From IMG/VR virus record IMGVR_UViG_3300030047_000014, positions 32,001 through 96,000 of that record: a DNA stretch of 64,000 nucleotides; one strand, 5' to 3'. This DNA comes from a virus. This document shows positions 8,369-15,092 of this stretch, piece by piece; position 1 is the stretch's first letter; each line of letters opens with the position of its first letter. A program made the translations under genes and the position numbers. A model generated the notes under the pieces. The model did not search any database. It saw nothing but the letters and a program-made list of their open reading frames with translations, and was not told where the DNA came from.

Positions 8369-8960
8369 TATCTTGTAGATTTAAATAGTTCTGTTGTACC
8401 ATCTTTCTTATTAATCTTAGAATTCCACGTTTGGAACGATCATTCACAAGATTATTATCTAGAAATAGAAATTCATCTGAACTGAAGGATTTAGAAGAAT
8501 AATCAGAGTAGCATTCTCCTGTTTCAATATTGTAATATTTACTATTAAGAGAATAAATACATCCTCCTTGTAAATAAGGGGAGGCAAACTGTTCAAAGAT
8601 TACCTTCTCATCACCATTTTTATTAATAATGACAAAATGACCTGCTAAATGAGGTTTATCCTTCTTTATCTTAGTAATACTATCTTCATAATAGGATTCA
8701 ACATGTTTTAATAACATGAAATAATCAGCTTTCATATCAACACTATATCCTCCTATACGATAGAGAGTATTTCTTAGTTTACGCTCACCTAAATACAAAT
8801 GACAATAATCATCAAAAGAATGAACATTCCATCTCTTACGATATCTATCATCTAATTGAACATGTCTTAGATGTAAACCAGTAGTATCCTCAGGTTTAGT
8901 CTCTGTTAATATAGTAGCAAATAAACCTAATGCTGTAAAAAATCCATGTGTATTTCTCAT
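8361..8960 (-). CDS. Hypothetical protein (possible frameshift near the C-terminus)
   Basis: Likely start MRNTH (8960); beta-rich, aromatic sequence. Confidence 0.7.
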   Translation of the reverse strand: MRNTHGFFTALGLFATILTETKPEDTTGLHLRHVQLDDRYRKRWNVHSFDDYCHLYLGERKLRNTLYRIGGYSVDMKADYFMLLKHVESYYEDSITKIKKDKPHLAGHFVIINKNGDEKVIFEQFASPYLQGGCIYSLNSKYYNIETGECYSDYSSKSFSSDEFLFLDNNLVNDRSKRGILRLIRKMVQQNYLNLQDNV

Positions 8961-8998
8961 GATAATATAGAATCTAATTAATAATGTTAATATCAAAT

Positions 8999-9035
8999 AA
9001 AAAAGGTGCTCCTCTTATATAGAGAGAAACACCTT
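8999..9035 (-). terminator. Intrinsic terminator closing the tmRNA coding piece
   Basis: Minus strand AAGGTGTTTCTCT-CTATATA-AGAGGAGCACCTT followed by a T run. Confidence 0.8.
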
Positions 9036-9189
9036 AGTAAAAATGTACAACTCTAAGCTGCCATCTTCATTTCACTATTTTCGCCATTTACATGACAATA
9101 CCCATTTTATCAGTTAGTTATCTAAAATGATCTTTAGACTTCTATGATTAGAAACTACCATTTATCTGCTGTCAAAACCAGTCAGCCCC
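9000..9189 (-). ncRNA. ssrA: tmRNA coding piece (5' tRNA-like half plus tag reading frame) of a permuted two-piece tmRNA
   Basis: Starts GGGGCTGACTGGTTTTGACAGCAG at 9189; resume context TAAAT-GGC; tag GGC GAA AAT AGT GAA ATG AAG ATG GCA GCT TAG = GENSEMKMAA* at 9085-9053. Confidence 0.9.
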
Positions 9190-9199
9190 TAATAAATTT

Positions 9200-9452
9200 A
9201 AAAGTATGAAAGATAACATCTCTGTCTCCTTATTCAGTAATTGTGGTTATCTTAATGGTTGTCCTCTTGTGCACAGTTATCTCTAAGTTGAGCCTTTAGC
9301 TTACAATATTACTGATATACTTTCTATACTTTTTACTAATTGGCGATTAGTATGTGGAGTAGAAGTTTACTATATCTTGGCACTGGAGTTATCATGAATA
9401 ACCAGATATTAAAGAATACAATATTTGTCTTGCGAACAAATGAGCTTCTACT
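9200..9452 (-). ncRNA. Structured intervening segment between the tmRNA pieces (two folded domains)
   Basis: Closing stems AGTAGAAG/CTTCTACT (9452-9358) and AAAAGTAT-GAAAG/CTTTC-ATACTTTT (9333-9200) with internal helices; no minus-strand ORF in the track. Confidence 0.5.
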
Positions 9453-9454
9453 TT

Positions 9455-9517
9455 GTGGAGCTGAGGAGAATCGAACTCCTGTCCAAACAGTTTCCTTTAA
9501 TTTCAATGAATATTATA
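9455..9517 (-). ncRNA. ssrA: tmRNA acceptor piece (T-arm plus 3' acceptor strand) of a permuted two-piece tmRNA
   Basis: CTGTT-T-GGAC-AGGAG-TTCGATT-CTCCT-CAGCTCC-A; CAGCTCC pairs with GGGGCTG (G3.U70); CTGTT pairs with AGCAG; 5' end inferred from the promoter. Confidence 0.88.
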
Positions 9518-9523
9518 TTTTTA

Positions 9524-9531
9524 CAAAGATA
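9524..9531 (-). promoter_or_regulatory. Bacteroidota -7 promoter element upstream of the tmRNA acceptor piece
   Basis: TATCTTTG matches TAnnTTTG; no clean -33 TTTG seen. Confidence 0.55.
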
Positions 9532-9769
9532 TAACAAATTATTAGGACACCGCCTTCCCACGTCCAACCTTTTTGTAATATTAAAATGGTTGCAAAACTT
9601 ACTCCCTAAGTATTAAATTTGTGTCCAGGGCAATTATATCATTGACTGTTACTATTGCGTAGTAATTCAATAGATATTAAATATGTTTTTACAGGCTTTT
9701 TAAGCTCTCACATTCATAGTCGTCTCATAGCAGTTCTTTTTATTTAATATGACTATATAGTCATTGTTA

Positions 9770-9898
9770 TTAATCATCCATTTCATCCTCACTCTCATCC
9801 AGATATTCAGGGTCATAATCAGGACACCCATCATCTTCCCAATTTAACAAATCCATCTCAGTATCCTCAGATAGATAAAGCTTTCGAGATTTAATCAT
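9770..9898 (-). CDS. Small acidic protein (42 aa)
   Basis: MIKSRKLYLSEDTEMDLLNWEDDGCPDYDPEYLDESEDEMDD; ATGA overlap with the upstream ORF. Confidence 0.55.
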   Translation of the reverse strand: MIKSRKLYLSEDTEMDLLNWEDDGCPDYDPEYLDESEDEMDD

Positions 9899-9996
9899 AC
9901 TACTAACAGTTTTTCAATACATACCAGGAAAATAACAGCCACTACCAATGATATGGTAATGGCTGCAAAATAACTCTTAACTACATTTGTTTTCAT
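9895..9996 (-). CDS. Small single-TM protein (33 aa)
   Basis: MKTNVVKSYFAAITISLVVAVIFLVCIEKLLVV. Confidence 0.5.
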   Translation of the reverse strand: MKTNVVKSYFAAITISLVVAVIFLVCIEKLLVV

Positions 9997-9998
9997 AG

Positions 9999-11120
9999 CT
10001 AATCCTCCAACAAATAATCAGTATTAATGATAAGAGACAAATCTTCATTATATATCTGTAATTGTACAGGTATAAGCTTATCAATAAGCTCTTTGTCATT
10101 AAATGTGGTAAGCTTATGAGTGACACTATTTCCATTTATTTTGAGATAACCCTTTGATCGCCAAGCAGGTATATGTGTTCTTGCCTGAGACAATGGTAAT
10201 GTACGATAGTACACATAATGATCTGCATATCCTTTAGGTGCACCCTTAAAGGGAGCTAAGAATACTAACTGAAGGTTCTTAGTCCAATAGGACTGTTTAC
10301 CTGTCATTTGTAGTTTAGCTCTAGCCCAAGCACCTCCAAAATAAATAGAAAGTCTTTTCAAATAATCTTCCTTATTAAGATTAGGATACAGTTTCTCATA
10401 TGAAGAGAGATAATGATCTCTTTGTTCTAAAGGTATAATACCCTTCCAACCACTACTCATAAGTACTTTATAAGAATTCAACATCTCTACCATATCAGGA
10501 GCATACTTGATCATATTTTCAGATTCAATCAGGTATTCATAAATAAGAGCTGCAAGCTCATGATTAACCTTCTTAAATCTATCTGCATTCTCCATCTCAC
10601 TCTCAAGTATTACTCTAACAGAGCCATCAGGACATAGTATTTGAACAAGATTCTTGAAGTCATTTGAATAAGAATCAATATTTGCACTAATCATTGATTG
10701 ATTACCCTCAAGTGAGAATAATTCATAACCAGATGTATCTTCCACACGAATAACAATCTCCACACCATTAGGATAATATCTCTTTACTGCTTCAGATAAA
10801 CAAACCAGTCTTTGAATAGCAGATAGTTCTGCTATATCAATAGTAGCACTGAAATCACTCTTAATAGAGCCCCAGGGAACCATGATTGGTATTGCTGTAT
10901 TGTTGTTGATTGCCTCTCTTATTACATCTCTGATTACAACCAAGGATTCAGGTGTAGGCAAACAGCCATACCTTACCTCTTTTGTTCCTATTATCAGATT
11001 AGAGAGGATTTCAACTAAATCTGAGGAACTAAATGTAGCCACATTTGGAAATTGCTCATTAATGTGTAAGCATATCAAATCTCCATATGGCTCTTCAACT
11101 CCAATTATTCTTGTTTTCAT
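9999..11120 (-). CDS. PvcA/DIT1-like (isonitrile synthase family) protein
   Basis: AIPIMVPWGSIKS...IDIAELSAIQRLVCLSEAVKRYYPNGVEIVIRVEDTSG resembles the PvcA pattern PI.fvlPafP.KS...pDlAE.laL.rL..lc..i...YppGa.i.I.sDG. Confidence 0.65.
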   Translation of the reverse strand: MKTRIIGVEEPYGDLICLHINEQFPNVATFSSSDLVEILSNLIIGTKEVRYGCLPTPESLVVIRDVIREAINNNTAIPIMVPWGSIKSDFSATIDIAELSAIQRLVCLSEAVKRYYPNGVEIVIRVEDTSGYELFSLEGNQSMISANIDSYSNDFKNLVQILCPDGSVRVILESEMENADRFKKVNHELAALIYEYLIESENMIKYAPDMVEMLNSYKVLMSSGWKGIIPLEQRDHYLSSYEKLYPNLNKEDYLKRLSIYFGGAWARAKLQMTGKQSYWTKNLQLVFLAPFKGAPKGYADHYVYYRTLPLSQARTHIPAWRSKGYLKINGNSVTHKLTTFNDKELIDKLIPVQLQIYNEDLSLIINTDYLLED

Positions 11121-11172
11121 GTTATAGTTATTCTTTAATTAATACTATTGCTATATTATTCTTTGTTTATTC

Positions 11173-11421
11173 TTACCAATCATCACCTGCACCTGCTCCA
11201 CCAAATGAACCACCACCAAATTCAATATCATTAGAAGAACTAGAGATATCAACATCACCACCAATACTTCCAAAGATAACAGCAGCAATTCCCACATTGA
11301 GAATATCATCCACCAATGATTCCTCATGGTAATAATCATACTCTTCTTGTTCTAAATAGGACAAGGATTCATAGGTGACATCATTAATGACATCACCTGT
11401 TAATTTGTGTTTGTATTTCAT
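11173..11421 (-). CDS. Small acidic protein with Gly-rich FGGGSFGGAGAGDDW tail
   Basis: 82-aa ORF; tail resembles the C-terminus of TPM-domain proteins. Confidence 0.65.
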   Translation of the reverse strand: MKYKHKLTGDVINDVTYESLSYLEQEEYDYYHEESLVDDILNVGIAAVIFGSIGGDVDISSSSNDIEFGGGSFGGAGAGDDW

Positions 11422-11435
11422 GTTCTAGTTCTCCT

Positions 11436-11609
11436 CTATTTAAAGTAAACAATCATGTCCTTAATGAATAAGAATTTTTCATCCTTAAGTATTGCAATCA
11501 TATTAGATCTCTCTAAGAGACCATGAGTAACTTTGAAGCATGTCCTACCATTATTATATGGATCAGTACATACTTCAAACCTATCACAAGCAGCTATACA
11601 ATGTTCCAT
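11436..11609 (-). CDS. Small hypothetical protein (57 aa)
   Basis: MEHCIAACDRFEVCTDPY...MIVYFK, manual translation. Confidence 0.5.
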   Translation of the reverse strand: MEHCIAACDRFEVCTDPYNNGRTCFKVTHGLLERSNMIAILKDEKFLFIKDMIVYFK

Positions 11610-11611
11610 GA

Positions 11612-11773
11612 CTAAATAGCTTTAAATGAAGACATTAACCATGATGATCTGTAATCACCAACTCTCCACATTGATTGACCTGCTTCAATCACCTCACCTG
11701 TATTATAAGAGTCAAATCTTACAATAAGCCCTTTATTACCAATACCAACCCAAGGATATACAATAGTCTTCAT
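11612..11773 (-). CDS. Small hypothetical protein (53 aa)
   Basis: MKTIVYPWVGIGNKGLIVRF...SSWLMSSFKAI, manual translation. Confidence 0.55.
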   Translation of the reverse strand: MKTIVYPWVGIGNKGLIVRFDSYNTGEVIEAGQSMWRVGDYRSSWLMSSFKAI

Positions 11774-12447
11774 AACTCTAAATATTAATATTTTTCTGTT
11801 TCGATGCTCAATTACATCATCATCAGTATGAACAATAGTCCATAGACAGAGAGAGAAGGTAATGAAATCCCTTCCCTCTTAAATGTGTCCCTTCATCATC
11901 TCATTAAAGAGTATGTATATACCTGAGTATACTAAGACTGGGACAAGGCTGTTCTTTATTACATGTTAATGCTATTTATATTCTATTGTAAAATGATATT
12001 CTTTGTTATTAGTTTGAGATGTTAATAGTGGATATAGGTAGTCAGCTAATCATTTCCTCACATAATTATTCACTCAAATGATAAGATAATCAAATAGTTA
12101 TAAATATCTATGTTTGAATTGTACACAAATATATATACAACTATTCAATACTCTATATTATATCTATTGATTAGATAGTATCAATGCTATTATGATTAGT
12201 AATAACAAATATACGGGGTTTATACAAACAAACATGATATAAGTCATATTTGTATTGTTTTAACTGATCAGATAGTATCACATGCTGAGAATTGAATATT
12301 TCTGACCAACTTCATCCTAATATCATACAGAGGAATGTTGAATAGATATATAGGATGAATAAAGAGCAACACTGAGAGGATATAGTTTTAACATTCCCCA
12401 CCCTCGTGAAGCCTTCACCCACCCTATATATAAAAAACTAAAAGCCC

Positions 12448-12852
12448 TTAAAGAGCAATTAGTTCTTCAAGGCTAATAGCCTCAACTTCATCAACTGCGA
12501 AGTCAGTGACTTTCATATTGTCAACTGCAAAATGAGTCAAAGTTGTGCCTTCCCTGCTTGGCATTACGGCAACATTCATAGTCTCACCATTACCCAAGTC
12601 CTGCTCAATGACAGTAAGCCCAATAACCTGGCTAAGTTTGATCTCTTTAGATCTGAACAGTTTGCTGACTGCTGTGCTTAGAGTAACAGTAGCACTCTCA
12701 CCATTCTTCTTAGTAAGCACTAGTGCAACACGCTTGCTCAAATCTTTGAGATTCTTTGCAATTGGAGCAACAGTTCCACCCTTACCAACTAACTCAAGAA
12801 TAGTACCAAGCTCCTTACGCTCAGTCCTGGCATACAATTTAAATTCTAACAT
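12448..12852 (-). CDS. Hypothetical protein, first gene of the left arm
   Basis: Likely start MLEFKLY (12852) after an A-rich leader; followed by a weak hairpin and T run. Confidence 0.75.
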   Translation of the reverse strand: MLEFKLYARTERKELGTILELVGKGGTVAPIAKNLKDLSKRVALVLTKKNGESATVTLSTAVSKLFRSKEIKLSQVIGLTVIEQDLGNGETMNVAVMPSREGTTLTHFAVDNMKVTDFAVDEVEAISLEELIAL

Positions 12853-12984
12853 GATATTTGTTTTTTTATTAATTAATACTACGGGGGTATCCCCAACCAA
12901 TCAAATTATGATGGGGGTTGCTATTGGAGGTACTCCATCATTCCTTTCACACAATAGATTCCAAAATAAAAAAAAATATAAAAA

Positions 12985-13016
12985 TTTGTAATTCTAATTA
13001 TCTTTTTCTAATTTTG
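12985..13016 (+). promoter_or_regulatory. Bacteroidota sigmaABfr-type promoter
   Basis: TTTG (12985-88) - N20 - TAATTTTG (13009-16). Confidence 0.8.
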
Positions 13017-13045
13017 TCAGCATAATTATAAAAATATATATAAAA

Positions 13046-13381
13046 ATGGAAAAACAAGAGTATAAAGTAAAGATGGTTTATCCTGATGATCCTTCAGACA
13101 TCACTAGGATATACACACAGACTATTCAAGGTTTTCTTTATTTTGCAAGAGAGTTAAAGATTAGTCCTAAGAGTAATGCTAGTTGGAATAAGAAAGGATT
13201 CAAAGTGGAATTCTTTGTTGACACTGTTAGTGTATCCATAGGAATAGGTAAAGATCATACTGCTGATCTTATTATGACTAAAGATGCATGGGATGCTTTC
13301 GTTGAGGGAGCTGAGATTTCTATTGATACTGTAAAAGAGTTTGAAGGAAAGTATATTAAAAGGAGAAAGAAGAATAAATGA
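13046..13381 (+). CDS. Hypothetical protein
   Basis: 111-aa ORF just downstream of the promoter. Confidence 0.75.
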   Translation: MEKQEYKVKMVYPDDPSDITRIYTQTIQGFLYFARELKISPKSNASWNKKGFKVEFFVDTVSVSIGIGKDHTADLIMTKDAWDAFVEGAEISIDTVKEFEGKYIKRRKKNK

Positions 13382-13740
13382 AATTCATAAAACATATCTC
13401 TTCTAGTAATAACTGGGGAGTCTCTATATTAATAATGGAGAGCAGAGGAAAAGCATTTGCCAGGATATATTGGTTTAATGATAAGGAAGAAGATGATGAG
13501 GAAGATACAGTCTATCTTGATATGCTTAGTGTAAATGAAGAAGAAAGAAGGAAAGGTATTGGTACTAAACTACAGGATATAAGAGAGAAGATTGGTAAAA
13601 GAGGAGGTGCTACATATTCTTGTCTTTGGGTATATAAGAATACATGGATGTATGAATGGTACAAGAGAAGAGGATATAAAGAGATAGGAAAGAATGAGAG
13701 TGAAAAGAATGCTGTTTGGATGAGAAAGAAATTAATTTAA
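13378..13740 (+). CDS. GNAT family N-acetyltransferase
   Basis: YLDMLSVNEEERRKGIGTKL (motif A, R/QxxGxG), WYKRRGY (motif B). Confidence 0.9.
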   Translation: MKFIKHISSSNNWGVSILIMESRGKAFARIYWFNDKEEDDEEDTVYLDMLSVNEEERRKGIGTKLQDIREKIGKRGGATYSCLWVYKNTWMYEWYKRRGYKEIGKNESEKNAVWMRKKLI

Positions 13741-13753
13741 AGATAGAAAAATT

Positions 13754-13783
13754 AAAGCAATCTCAATAGATTGCTTTTTTTTT
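13754..13783 (+). terminator. Intrinsic terminator
   Basis: AAAGCAATCT-CAAT-AGATTGCTTT plus T run. Confidence 0.85.
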
Positions 13784-13790
13784 AAAACAA

Positions 13791-13821
13791 TTTGTTTCTA
13801 ATTAAAAAAAGTATAATTTTG
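13791..13821 (+). promoter_or_regulatory. Bacteroidota-type promoter for the packaging operon
   Basis: TTTG (13791-94) - N19 - TAATTTTG (13814-21). Confidence 0.8.
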
Positions 13822-13865
13822 GTTCATCAATTAGAAATAATTGAAAATGTTATTATAAACTAAAT

Positions 13866-14255
13866 ATGGAAACCAACAAGTTATCAGTTCAAGCATTACA
13901 GAAGAAAGTTCCAGATGATTTAGGACTGGCAGAGAAGTATTATGGTATTCTGTCAGTTATAAATAATCTAAGACTTACACAAAGAGAGATTCAGTTGATT
14001 GCCTTTACAGCTATAAATGGGAATATGTCTTATGCTAATATCAGAGAGGATTTCTGTAAAAGATATGATACCACTCCTCCTACTATTAATAATATTATTT
14101 CTAAGTTGAAGAAGGTCAAGGTGTTAGTAAAAGATAGGGGAAAGATAAAAGTTAATCCTGTTATTCTATTAAAGTTTGATTCAGATGTTACACTAACAAT
14201 TAGATTAATAAATGATAAACTCACTAAAAGCATTAAAGAGACCAAAGATGTATAG
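13866..14255 (+). CDS. Winged-helix DNA-binding protein
   Basis: LTQREIQLI...TTPPTINNIISKLKKVKVLVK...KIKVNP wHTH pattern. Confidence 0.7.
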   Translation: METNKLSVQALQKKVPDDLGLAEKYYGILSVINNLRLTQREIQLIAFTAINGNMSYANIREDFCKRYDTTPPTINNIISKLKKVKVLVKDRGKIKVNPVILLKFDSDVTLTIRLINDKLTKSIKETKDV

Positions 14256-14475
14256 GTATATTGTTCCTCCAAAGGTTGAGTCAAATAGGTTTGATAAAAT
14301 TTTTGAGAAGATATCTATACCTGAACAAAGAGAATATGTATATCTATATACACAGGGTTTACATGATTATCAGAATAATACTATAATGATGGGTTCAGAA
14401 CAGTTTGATAGCATAGATGAGTTTAAGAATAAGATGATAGAGAAATATGGAGAAGCCAACAACATTATCACTTAA
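14248..14475 (+). CDS. Hypothetical protein
   Basis: Likely start MYRYIV (14248). Confidence 0.55.
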   Translation: MYRYIVPPKVESNRFDKIFEKISIPEQREYVYLYTQGLHDYQNNTIMMGSEQFDSIDEFKNKMIEKYGEANNIIT

Positions 14476-14812
14476 AAATTTCTTAATTAGGAAACTGTCT
14501 GTTAACTTAGTAATATCTGAAACTATAATTGAAGCAGTGATTAATCATCAGTATTCATCAGTTATTAAAGCTACATCTGAAAGTAAGAGTGTTGAAGTTT
14601 CAGGTTTTGGTAAGTTTATCTTTAATGATAAGAAGGCAGTAAAGAAGATGGAGAAATATGAAAGTCAAAAACGACTTTATGAATCATACCTGGAGGATGA
14701 ATCTTTAACAAAGATTAAACGAAGAAATATTTTACTAAGATTAGATACGACTATCAAAAATATTAATGATCTAAAACCAAGATTAAACAATGAATGTAAA
14801 TCAGATATATGA
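14447..14812 (+). CDS. IHF/HU-like DNA-binding protein
   Basis: KSVEVSGFGKFIF matches the HU/IHF V.l.GFGkF motif. Confidence 0.75.
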   Translation: MEKPTTLSLKNFLIRKLSVNLVISETIIEAVINHQYSSVIKATSESKSVEVSGFGKFIFNDKKAVKKMEKYESQKRLYESYLEDESLTKIKRRNILLRLDTTIKNINDLKPRLNNECKSDI

Positions 14813-15092
14813 GGGATGGAGAAATCATTTATTTCCTCCTGATAAACTAAAACAGTTGATTCTGGATGTTTCAGAAGAAAGAATGTCTGTATGTGATGTC
14901 TGTAAGTATAATTCAGCTAATGCAAAAAGAAAAAGTATTAGACCAGATGTTCATTGTTTACAATGTGGATGCACCTTGTCAGCTAAGACTAAATGCTTAT
15001 CTTGTGAGTGTCCAAAAAAGTTCTGGTTAGCTGTTCTTACAGAAGAAGAAGAGCGTGAAATTATTAATACAAAAGGATATGAAAAAGACTAA
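14790..15092 (+). CDS. Cys-rich zinc-binding protein
   Basis: RMSVCDVC...CLQCGC...KTKCLSCECPKKFW. Confidence 0.7.
   Translation: MNVNQIYEGWRNHLFPPDKLKQLILDVSEERMSVCDVCKYNSANAKRKSIRPDVHCLQCGCTLSAKTKCLSCECPKKFWLAVLTEEEEREIINTKGYEKD

Noticed and set aside
9455-9484. T-arm/acceptor fragment read as an attP site or a lone tRNA fragment
   Set aside because: The matching 5' half, P2 pairing, tag ORF and terminator lie downstream on the same strand, and no integrase is in the window; a permuted tmRNA explains all parts.
9340-9616. Plus-strand ORFs 9340-9534 and 9425-9616
   Set aside because: They are antisense shadows of the tmRNA/ncRNA cluster with non-ATG starts.
9545-9626. Cobalamin riboswitch suggested by GGGAAG motifs
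   Set aside because: No B12 box or other conserved core elements recognised, and no downstream transporter gene.
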